A stretch of DNA of 63,136 bases, filler included, from Phoronis australis (taxonomy: Eukaryota; Animalia; Phoronida): assembly GCA_002633005.1 (NCBI GenBank). It is 4 parts of 4 records of this genome, joined end to end, with 100 filler letters (N's around TTAATTAATTAA, not from the genome) between each part and the next. Parts side by side here need not be neighbours in the genome. Positions count along the whole stretch, not along the records: positions 49,458 to 63,136 come from NMRA01001577.1; 3 more parts are not named here. The stretch is one strand, 5' to 3'. Below, in pieces: positions 52,110-63,136 of this stretch. The translations under genes were made by a program, and so were the position numbers. The number at the start of each line of letters is the position of its first letter. The stretch's first letter is position 1. Below the pieces are notes generated by a model. That model was not told the DNA's origin, did not search any database, and saw only the letters and a program-made list of their open reading frames with translations.

Positions 52110-53960
52110 ACGTAATAAACAACTGCGCCTATCAAAATTTTACCATATTATGCAGACAACACAATGCTCTGTCTAGACGGCTCAAATGAGTCGATAAAAA
52201 GGTCAATCACTTGATCTTCTGGTCCAATTTCAGAAATTCCCAGGACTTAAACGAACCAAATATGGCAATTACACATTTTGTGTGGATTGGCGTTAAGCAA
52301 TTATCATCTCTGTTCAAATATTAATCCTTTTTTTGCCCAGCGTCACACGTTTAGGATTACCTTTAGCGCTGATTTGTTAGAATTTTCAAATTGAACTTTA
52401 ATGAAAAAATTAAGGAAATCGAAAAAGAGAAATATTGGCCTGGGGCCTGTTCCAAGAAACTGACTTCATTTTTGACTTAAGTCTAAGATTTGTCTTAACT
52501 TCCGAACTTTGAAACTTCCACATTTGAAACGTTAGTCAAAATTAAGACAAAACTTAGGTCATACACATAAGTCAAACTTAAGATCTTTTTCTTGATTTGG
52601 TTTTGAGACAAATTCAACTTTTATTTTAAAATTTACTAAAATTTAAGGTTTGTCTTAGCTAAGTCAGTTTTGTTGGAACGGGCCCCTGGACTAGAAGATC
52701 ATTAACTCCCCTTGGCAGAAATAAGGTAATTACATTTCTCTTGTTGCCAAAACTGGTTCATTCTTTTCTTGGTTCCCTATCGTCTCCCAGACAAATAATT
52801 TAAAGGAGTTAAAAAGTTTTCTTTGTTTGGAGTGGTAAAACGATGAAATAAAAAGAGCTGAGATGATCCAAAAGTTGAAACTGGGTTGCTATAAAATGAT
52901 GCTCATTGAATCCTTCATCAAATCTCTCAAGCTGCCCTGGTTCAATAGACTAATTTCGACCACAAATGTTGTTTGAAAAGAGTTATTGTTAAAACACTAA
53001 TTATTGAGTGGACACAACTTTTTACAGTTTGGAGGTGCGTTTTACGATCAGTGTCCAAAGAAAAGAGCTGATTTATTTTGGTCTGAAGTGTTCGGTTATT
53101 TTATTTTGTTTAATTTTGGGACACGTTTGTGATGATGACCGAGGATTTTCAATATCAGTCAATTTATTATTATACCAATACAACTATTAGCAAAACTACT
53201 CTTTTTTACAAGGTGGTATGAAAAAGTATTACTTATATTCACGATTTTTTGTCTCATTTTATGTCTTGGGAATCATTTTGTAAAAGGTATGATTTCTCTC
53301 CACCCTTTACTAATTTCCGTGGAATTATGTGCGTAATTTTTCAATTTAACAAAAACTGCAAAAATGCAAAATTTACGAAAATGCTTCCAAACTCACCCAA
53401 AGTATTAAAATGCTTTGCGAACAAAAGTGTAAAGTCCCACTTAATTGAATACCTTTCCAAAAAAGAAAAAACCGTGAGCTGAAGTTGAAATCGCAGGTCA
53501 GTGTTACTGATTCACCCACATGGTGGTGAGAGGCGTGTACATGTTCCCTTTCTTTTTCTTGTGATACGAGGTTAATGTGGTTCGAGATAATGTTCTTTCA
53601 TAGAATTGCGGCCACAAATGTATTTCTTGTAAAAATTAGTGTCAAACAATCACATCTCTTCACATTTTTAACAAAGAGCCATGAAATATGAACCATCTTT
53701 TCCGGGAATGTATTGCGACCAATAATTTCTGGTCTGCAATCATTTGCTAAAACACAATCTTTATTTAATCCTTCGTCTTCAGACGTTGTCTTTAGCAAAT
53801 TACACAGTTCTGAGGCAATTAATCTACTCATTTTGTCTGGGTTAATATTACATCTACAGCCAGAGACTCAGAAATACTTCCTCCCGAAATTTTCAAGCAG
53901 GTGGTTTGCGAATGCTCAAATGGAGAAATATCTTTGTTTCAAAAATTGTGTAGCTGGTCC
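52110..53960 (+). mobile_element. Degenerate L1/Tx1 LINE, 3' part of ORF2
   Basis: YADNTMLCLDGSNES, WTRRSLTPLGR..LLPKLVH, FMSWESFCKRY..F.NFRGI, FHRIAATN; many frameshifts. Confidence 0.8.
52443..52685. mobile_element. PIF/Harbinger-type MITE inserted in the LINE
   Basis: TIR GGGCCTGTTCCAAGAAACTGACTT / GGGCCCGTTCCAACAAAACTGACTT; CTG TSD within a CCTGG target. Confidence 0.85.
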
Positions 53961-54922
53961 TCTGTCGCTCTTTTGTTTACCTGGGTGCACGAAGGTTCTG
54001 ATTTTATTGTCAGGCCTCGAAATGCCTGCGCATGGGTGGTGTGTGTGCGCGTTCGGGTGCGCGCGCACGTGTGTCCCTTGTCTATTGTACATTGCTTTTG
54101 GGTTTTTAACAAATATATTAAAATAATAAAACTGGAGATCAAAGCAGAAAATTGGTCATTTTCAAGAATTAATGATTCCGCAAATATGTAGAACATAAAG
54201 AGTAACGGAAATTGATGTTCGAATCATAAAAGTCTGTTCAAAATAACTCAGGGCTTACGCACGTCAAAATTAAATTAACCTCAACTTCTTGACTGATAAG
54301 GAAATCTGTGGGCGCTCAGTTATCTTCACTTGAATAGACTTGTGCTAAAAGCAGTGCAAAAGATATGGAAATGAGCTATCTTGACTCGCTGGATAACGAG
54401 TTCATCCAAGTAGAATTCATTAATTGTTGAGTGACAAGACTCCAAAACCTTCTCTTCATGGAAGAAAACCTTAGAAATACATCCCTGTACTGAAATTTTG
54501 CGAATAATTATGGATAGTTTTATCATTAGGTGAAACGAAATTTCTCCAAGTGTGTTACTTTGTCATAAAATTTGTTTGTTTTTTTTTTGTTCGCACGCTA
54601 CATGTCGCATTTTGCATCCGACCAACGTCGACTTTACTCACTACATTTCTCTTGTGAATGGCAAGCAAGAGGGCGCTGTGGACGCCATTTTCATTATTTT
54701 GGTTTGGCGGAGGATTTTTTATGATTACTTTCTGTGGATAGATTATTTCACAAGCTTTCTCTACGACATAAACTTCTCGTGCTATCCAAAATTTTCCGAT
54801 GACGGGTCTCCGGTTGAGTTTTTGGGCCGTATCCTCGGTGTCCTTCAACGGAGCTGCCTGAAATTCAGTATGTAGATAGATAGTTTCAAGGGGTATGAAT
54901 ACTGTGAAATCCGTTTACGACT

Positions 54923-57647
54923 CATAGTCGGTGGCCAGATCTCATAGCGTTCATCCTTGTGAATACTTTGGGGGGGGGGGGCAACCTAATTTTTTCTATG
55001 TGGCCAGATAATCTACCTATAAATCAAATTCCACAAAGTTACCACGTTTACACACGCACATTTTTTTAAAAAGGTATTTTTGTTGCACGAAATGTTATGC
55101 ATATTCCTGCCACTTGGCGCTTTTCTGTTCGTAGTTACTTCAATATGGCAGCTCCCATGCAGTGTGATGTCTGTATAATACAAGGTTTATCAAACAGCAC
55201 AAACTTGTGATGCTAGAACCCGAAGAAGCTTAGAGAAGCATCCTGACTAAAGCTGATGGACTGTGTAACTCTTTAGATCAGTAGATCGAAAAGAAGAGGT
55301 GTCACAAGCGTTTGTGCAGAACACAGCTGCATGTCCTGCTATCAGTGCTATAGCCTATACAGTATACTGCTGTAGCAGACCAAATGTCAGACCAAAAATT
55401 GAAAGGACATAGAAAGGCATAGCAACGTTTCAAGACACCAGCAGTAGTACTAAAGCCGAAGCTGTTGAAAGTGATACAGATGTTACCCAAAACTTCCCAA
55501 CAAAATCAATTAGACTTCCGAACTATGAAACACCCAATTAACCCGAACAAAATAGGAACATTCTGAAACAAGAGTGCATCATTGGTTACAAGGAAAAGTA
55601 TATTATGGACCATATTTCAAGAAAGAGAAAGAAGTAACAACTTTATAGCTTTGAAAAACGGGTACGTGTTTTTGAAAGGCACATCTTGGTGTTTTCCAAG
55701 TGTGTTTCAGTATTATCACCAGTTGTTTTTTCCACAGTTTTCAGAGATGTTTTTCTACAGTTTTGTTTGGAGTTCAATGAATCAAAGCTTCTAACACATG
55801 GAGTTGTCAATATGCCTTTCAAAACTAAAGCAAGACTTTGAAGCTGTTCTTCATTCGAAAGCTGGTGTGCATGAAGTTATTTGGACAGGCAATCTTAAGA
55901 AACGACTATTGAAGCTACTCACTGTTGTAGTTTGTACCCGACTAAGAGGTAGGAAAGTGAATTGAGGCTAGTGTTCAATAATTCACTTGCTGACTCTAAT
56001 TAACAAACCATTAAACATATTTTGAATCAAACGTTTGCCCAAATCCTGCCCGCCTCAAAACAAGGACTTAGTGTGTGACCCTTCATTGCATACGGGCCAT
56101 CCTCAGGGCGCAGTGCTGTACCCTCTCTAATCGAACATAGTTGGCTACTTGGAGGTGGAGCTTTCCAGTTAAAATGTGTGCAATGCCCGCAGCTCCATTG
56201 AAAGTACTAAACGATGAACGCTGCAAGTGCAAAAAGAACATTTATGCTGGGAAACTGAGTTTTTGCTGCAATTCTGGGTCAGGTAGTACAGAAATGTGCA
56301 GCTGTGACCAACTGAAGTAACATCAGCAACACTGACTACATAACATTGGATAGTTCTTTGACAAATCAACCCTAAACAGACCTTCAACCCCGTTATTTTG
56401 TTTTTTTTTTTGTTAAAAAGTGAGTTTTATTTGTTGATTAAGTAATAGAAAGTACATACTTTGATCATTGTCATGTATTTGTCTCATACTGCTGGATAAA
56501 CGATGTCAGAATAATCGCTTCGCAGTTAGCGCATATAAAAATTATTTAAGTATTAAATTATTTTATTTAAACTATACTACTTCTTCCTCATTATCATATT
56601 GTTTGGATTCTCAGGTCAGTGACCCTCTTTGTTCTACAATTATTAGTTCAATTGTACCACGTGATCTCTTTGCCTTATCGCAACACTGGGCCATCGTCCA
56701 CAATTCGCTTCAACTTTCATTTTTCTTTCAATTTCTCTTTCCCTCCCTCCCTCAAACCAATTTTCTTTCTTTCCCTGTTATGCTCCAATTTCACATGTCG
56801 CTGTCCCGGTGTTGCTGTTATGCTTTCGCATATTGTTTCTTAACTTACTATTCACCGCTTGTGTATACCTTCATTGGTGCTTGGCAGATTGTCACCCACC
56901 TTTACAGTTCAACATGTTATATAACTTTTGTAATTACTGATATCTGTAGTAGTTTAGTTTGTCATAATATATATGACCTTTTATCTCAACTACACGTGTT
57001 GTGTCACTGTAAACTAGCTTCGGTATTGCTTCGCAGTTAGCGCATATAAAATCTATCATTTTCATACAGTCTTTGTTTACATTCACAGAGATCATTCAAA
57101 TATATTGTTTTTGTACTATAACGTATTTCTGGTATATTATGCAAACAAGCTATATTTTACACCATTAGTCAATGGCCATCAGTCACTGAGGCACAAATTT
57201 TGCCCAGTTTCAGGTGTTTTGTGTTAGTTTTGTTACCAGACAATGCCAGAATAACCTCCTAGTAACATTCAAACGTAGTTTGCATCTCTGCCACTACGTG
57301 TCACTTTACATTTTTTAAATTTTTTATTTAGTCTACAATAGTAAAGCATGTAATGTGAGAGTATTATTGTTCAATACAATGACATCGATGGGATCATATT
57401 ACTTGTTTTACAAAAAAGATAGTAAAAACTTGTTTTTACAAATATAAGTTCTCTAAGCTCTATGGTGGTTATTATGCAACTTCAAACTCAAATTTCTCAG
57501 AAATGTGCAAATTTATATGTGGAAACTTTTTAGATTTTTCAAACACTCTAGTAAGTGAATTAAAAACACCAAAATAAAATTGCCCCCCTAAAGTACTCAC
57601 AAAAACCATTTTCTAGAAGCCCTACAAATTCTGGCCCACCGCCTATC
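54923..57647. mobile_element. Old DNA transposon remnant with diverged TIRs
   Basis: catagtcggtggccaga..tgtgaatactttgggg vs inverted ataggcggtgggccaga..tgtgagtactttagggg; decayed coding-like interior. Confidence 0.45.
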
Positions 57648-58121
57648 ACCTTCTTGAGACATTCGAAATTTACAGATAACATGACTGTTGTTTCATTAAC
57701 TTCGTTTTAGGTACAGTTTGTTGGCCTATCATAGTCGTCTAAGAGATCGTATTTTTGGTGTGATCGACATTAAATGTACGTGTTTATATACATAATAGCT
57801 CAAGGACTTGGTTTTTGGGTGAAATCGAATGCAAAATGGCGCTGTGACGGCCATTTTTATTTATGTTTGCAGAGTTATAACTCCGCGATCATTTGACCGA
57901 ACCAATTCAAATTTGGTATGTAAACTAATCTTCTCACGGCTATCTGCAATGCCTGACTGGTTTCTCGCTACGACTTATCGTTCTCGACTTCTTCGACCTG
58001 TTCTGGTTTGATGATTGTCTTTTATTGACTGATTCCTCAATGCACATTTAATGGTTATTGTACACTTGTGTAAAAGACGTTGAGGCAGCGGTTGTTGATG
58101 TTCTTGGTTTCGTGGTGGACC

Positions 58122-59490
58122 TTATTTATTTATAGGATTTATTGAGACATATACACATGGCCATAGGCCCCAAGTATATCATGTACAAGACAGAACATTG
58201 TTAGGTGCCACGTTTCAAACTGGATAATACATTATGACGCTTGAGAGCGTGATGGACGAATTTAATAAGTAGGCTATCTGGAGTTCTCATGAGAGAATCA
58301 AATTTAGATGTCGTTGGAGAATGACAAAAACGATCACTTAAGTACTTAACCCGAAGGTCTTGGTAGGCACTACAAACTAACACAAAGTGGTATTCGTCCT
58401 CTACACACCCAGAATTACACATAATTCACACAACCTGTTTTCATAGGGAATATTTGTGTGGCGACCTCTTTCCACTAGTAACGAATGATTTGAACATCGC
58501 AATCGAGTCAGAGACTGGATAAAAACACGTGGGATACCAACCATTTCTAGATAATTCTCAAGATGATACTTTGTTTTGCACCCACATAGTAAGGCAGTTT
58601 TGCGTTACATTCGATATCAGATTGCACGCCTTGCAAATAACAGTCGTTGACACTTTGAGAAAAAACAGTCAAGAAATACGCTTGACTTACTACACCCTGA
58701 TTAATCCATACATCTGAAAAACCATACACAGACAGAAGTTTCCTTAAAAAACTAGCCCAATTATAGGAAGATCCTCCGATCAGGTCTGACTGAAAAAGCA
58801 TATCATACGCAGCTTTTACCCCACAATTACTAGGCATCTCCAGTATTTTGAACCAGTATTTTAAACAAGAAACAAAATATTTTGTAGACCATGGGAATCG
58901 ACCACATTCTCCCATAATTGCCAAGTTTGGACAACAATTGCCTACTCCTAAAATGCGTTTACAAAACTTGATATGTACATTTTCCAATTGTTCATATTCC
59001 TTAAAGCCCCATATCTCAGCGCCGTAACACAGAGAGGGGTAAACTATTTTATCGAACAAGTGAAAGGCTATTGACGGGGGCAGATCACGACATCTTCGCT
59101 TTAATTTACAAATTGCAGAGGCAGCTTTATTTGCTTGACTAGATAAGGCTTTAATGGCTTTGGTCCACGAAACTTTTGGAGTTATAAGTAGTCCAAGGTA
59201 TTTGTAATGAGGCACCACATCAACCAATGTTCCATTGTAAAACCATTTCTCATATCGTCTTAGGGGACCGCCATTCTGAAAACGACCACTTTAGTTCTTT
59301 TCAAGTTTACTTGCATGCCCCATGATTTGCAAAATTCTGCCAAACAATTAAGCATACGTTGTAAGTTGATGGCGGTAGAGAAACATAACACCATATCGTC
59401 TGCGTACAGTAGGGAGTTAACTCTTGGCACTTGTTCGCTGAGATATGTGCTATTTATATTACTTTTCACACTCATTTGATTCAGAAATTC
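58122..59490 (-). mobile_element. 5'-truncated non-LTR retrotransposon (RTE-X-like), RT and C-terminal Cys/His motif
   Basis: LLYADDMVL, VNLKRTKVVVF, YKYLG, CYGAEIWG, CNSGCVEDEYHFVLVC; frameshifted; AATAAA at the 3' end. Confidence 0.9.
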
Positions 59491-60999
59491 ATTTAGATAC
59501 AACACAAATAATAATGGGCGCTTTATTCAAGTGTCACACCTCAGAGCGCTTTCATTTGGTTTTCGATTTTTCTTCCCAACTATATTTTTCAGCAAAAGTC
59601 ATTGAACTAATTAAAGTCGCTGTATTTAACCATGATCTGGTGTTTGAATGGCTAAGCTTTTTTCACAGGCGTATTTGCTTTTCTAAAGCAATATCATTAC
59701 TTGAATATCTAAGCATTGAAATTGGTTTCAATAAATTGCTATTGACGGTCACTCAACCGTCGCCACTAAATCTAACCGGTAATGAGCCTGGGCTAAAGCA
59801 ATAACACAATGTCACTTTTTCTCAAGCGCGGAAATCATTTCAAATCAGTGTGAGGAATGGTGAATGTGCTAAATGTAAATATGTTTTTGTCAGAAGGCGT
59901 GGGTTTGATGTTTATCTAATAAAATGTCGACCTGAAAGATGCCTCCTGGTTTTAAAATGTGCTAAAATTGGTTCTTGTCGACAACCCAAGACAGACAGTA
60001 GAACAACACGTACAATGGAAGAGATTGACATAGTTCCTATTTTTGGATTGATATTTTTGTCATGTTTCCAATATTTACGATAACAAGTAAAAACTGTTTT
60101 GCAAGACCCTTGTAAAATTTGGAAATATGAGCTTTGGATAACAAACGTCTCTTGTTTTTAATGACCAAGGAAGTGTTTATTAGACAGCTTTGTATCAACA
60201 AACGCAAGTGTAGTTTCTGCAGTAGTTTCTCGTAAGGGATCTTTGTGAGGAAGTAGTATTCACATGGTCTTTGGATGAAATATGATTGGTAATCGCTCTC
60301 AAAAAATAGTCACGCAGTGCACCACTTATTAATTTTGTTGCCCAACTGGGTCCTTGAAGTATGAAAAACCGGAATATACTGGTGTTGTTCAGGGTGTCAT
60401 CTCCGAACTCAGGCTGACAGGCTCGAAACTTTATTGTGCGGTATGACTAAGTTGTAAATTTGACAGTTTACTAGAATGGTGTCATGAAATTGTTCAAACG
60501 TCTTGCCGATTTTTCAGTACAGAGTTAGATCCCGGGAACTAAAAGTGTATTTCTACTACTGACAACATCCTTGTTTCGAGTATTTTTGATTCCACTCAAC
60601 ATTTAGAGCGCGTTAGACATAAATCCAGGGGCAATGGCAAATTCGCATAATGGTCATAGGCAGGTCAGCAATATCGAGGAAAGCCTCCAGTTTTTTCGAC
60701 TAAAATAACCGAAAAAGATTCAGGGTGTTGACATGCGCATCGCATACAGTGCTATTACAATTGGTGTTATTTAATGTATATTACGAAAAATACAATCCAC
60801 AATAATAAGAGTTAAGCCCAGAACGCGCATTATATATTGCATATGTATCAGTCAATACACATGATTGTACATTTAAATATGTAATATACAAATGCAACAA
60901 GAAATTCAGTGATATATGCAAGATTACCATTGCAATGGAATAGGTTTTTCATTGCTTTTCGATATGATTGTTCAAAGGTAAAATCATTTACTAAAAAGC

Positions 61000-61560
61000 A
61001 ATGTGATGAGTCTGGTCAGTCGGACGTTTCCGCGCTCTCTCTAAGGGCCATGTTCACTGACTTGATTTCCCGGGTCAGGTTGACCTAGTCTTAGAATTAG
61101 ATCGTTCACTGCCGGGAGCTGTAAACCTTGATCTTTGTTCCAATTGGGGCGTCTGGTTTTAATGTAAACGGCCTCCTTAACTTTTTGAGTACCAGTGTTC
61201 CTCTCTGGCAACGATTCTAGCGTTGCACTTGTCAAGTTTGCACTGTTCCTTAATCCCTGAGCACAGAGTGCGTTTATTTTCCCCTACTTATGGGTGGGGT
61301 CCTCCTTGCATGACAATTGGTACACAACGCAAAACTTGTCAGTAGGGGTAGGGACCTTTGGATGAACCAACTTTTCCCGAATGGTGTTGATCTGTTTGAA
61401 GAATGTTTTAACCCCATGTGATCTGAAAGTGCGTGGCAGAAAAGTTCTTGATGTAGGGAATGGATACGGATGATTGCCTGAGCTCATCCCTGTCTGTGTC
61501 CTGGTCGGGATTACGTCGATGTTGTGGAGGGGTAAGTGCCCAGCTTTCATAATCATTGAC
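61000..61560 (-). mobile_element. Penelope-like element, GIY-YIG endonuclease region remnant
   Basis: VSIPYIK, IREKLVHPK, VVYQLSC, VKEAVYIK..P.WNKDQGLQLP; frameshifted. Confidence 0.85.
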
Positions 61561-63136
61561 AGTCAGAGAGATACAGATGTGAGAAATCTCACCCCTGTGG
61601 TTTTGGTCAAATATAAAATAGTTCTCTGCTTTGTACGGTAAAGTCGCGTGGTTTTCGGACACTGAAAATTAATTCCAATAGAAAAAATTCATTCCTGGGC
61701 GAATCTCGCGAAACATCATTTCTGTGGTGTCCGAATTTGGCGGACCTCCAAATTTGGGTTTCGGCTAGTGTCCCAATTTCGTGGGTTTACATTACTTCGA
61801 TGAGCGGTCGTAGTATCAAACATTGCTGGCTCGGTCATTTGATAGCAGCATAATTGCAGGTCAATAAGACTCGAACGGTCTGCGCAATTAATTTTTGAAA
61901 ATCTGGCTTTCCCAATAAGAAATGTGCGTTGTCAACACATAAAGACCTTTCCCGACAAGTGTTGGTTCTTCTTTTCAAAGATGCCCTTTCTCAATATGAA
62001 ATGTTCGGCTTGCTTCGCCGATGCTCAAAAACCGTTCTCGGCAAGTGACGGAATCTTATCAAAAATGCGCTATCTCACTTGAAATAGCGGGCTGCGTTGT
62101 GAAAAAGGAGTCTTCCTGGTGACAAATATGGGCTTTCCAATGAGTGGGTCTGGTTTGCGTTGTTGACGCACATGAAACGTTCCAGACAACTGATTCTCTT
62201 TTGTAAAAATACGTTTTCTCAATAAAAAAATGTCGAGTTTGCGCTGTCAACACACAAAGAGCGCCTCGATAGGCGCTTATTTAATATGGTTTCCCAATAA
62301 AAAGCTGGACTTGCGTATTCGACGCACAAAGAGGGTTTCCGACCATCAAAACATGCGCTTTCTCAATTTTAATGAATTTTGCATTAAACGCAAACAGTAA
62401 TGGATGTGGAAACGATTTCAATGAAGAAAATGATGAACAATGACCAGAGCACAGTACATATTTATGTTTGTTCAACGTATCCATGCATTGCCTGCTGGTT
62501 ACAAACCGTAACGCAAGTTAACTCTGACACGTTTATTTGCATATTACCTGAAAGCTCAGTTTCAACATGAAAACTTCGAATGAACAATTATCTAAAATAG
62601 ATTACAAAGACAATCATGATAGTAAAATGAGTAGTTTCTCATCGACTCGTGATCCCCATTCGTCGTTCTGGTAGTCATTGAATTGTTGAAGAAGCGCTGT
62701 CGTTCTACATGTATGTTTAGGCCTACTGCAAACTATGGGAATGCGTCTACTAGTACAGTGCTGCGCGGCTGAAGACACGATTAACTAACATATTGTATGT
62801 ATAAGGGCATTGTCTAGAAAGCGAATGCAATTTCAAATGCTACCAACATCAAATTCACCCAACAGTTTTTTACAATTAAAACCTTTCTCATCCACAGCCT
62901 TTGAAACGCCCGATGTTACTCAGTGATACACAGGCGCGTCTTCATGCAACTGAGGTGACCTAACACATCTGGGTTCACTTACGTTTTTAACCACAGTGAA
63001 ATCTCTGACTTGTGAAATCGGTTTGTGGATGAAATGAAACTGATAATCGTTAACATTTTTTGATAATCTGCGTGGAAGACAACAGGGCCGTTTCTTCTGG
63101 TCGTCACCAGTTTAACGCCGTCCACGGTCGTCACCA

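Noticed and set aside
56468-57040. 190-aa ORF
   Set aside because: Low-complexity F/L/S-rich translation of a pyrimidine-rich repeat; no domain recognised.

Overview
AT-rich, intron- and transposon-rich animal genomic DNA; the TE repertoire suggests a marine invertebrate, possibly a mollusc (inference). It is a draft scaffold with three 100-bp gaps carrying an artificial TTAATTAATTAA linker and one plain N gap. The main feature is a + strand spliced gene (visible exons 4150-16109, about 610 aa, 5' end not found). It fuses six ankyrin repeats plus a capping half-repeat to a C-terminal FAM111-type trypsin-like serine protease with an intact His/Asp/Ser triad. Each full ankyrin repeat is its own phase-0 exon (99 nt for the first five). 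Four of these exons sit in a recently amplified ~475-bp exon+intron tandem array whose differences are almost all amino-acid-changing and cluster at ankyrin ligand-binding positions, suggesting a diversifying sensor-protease (candidate innate immune) system. On the - strand are four N-terminal exons of URB1/NPA1 (25537-31892). The rest is DNA transposons (MULE-like, hAT5-like, Harbinger MITE, THAP remnant), LINE remnants (L1/Tx1, RTE-X-like), a Penelope fragment and minisatellites. Almost all ORFs in the supplied six-frame track are spurious.
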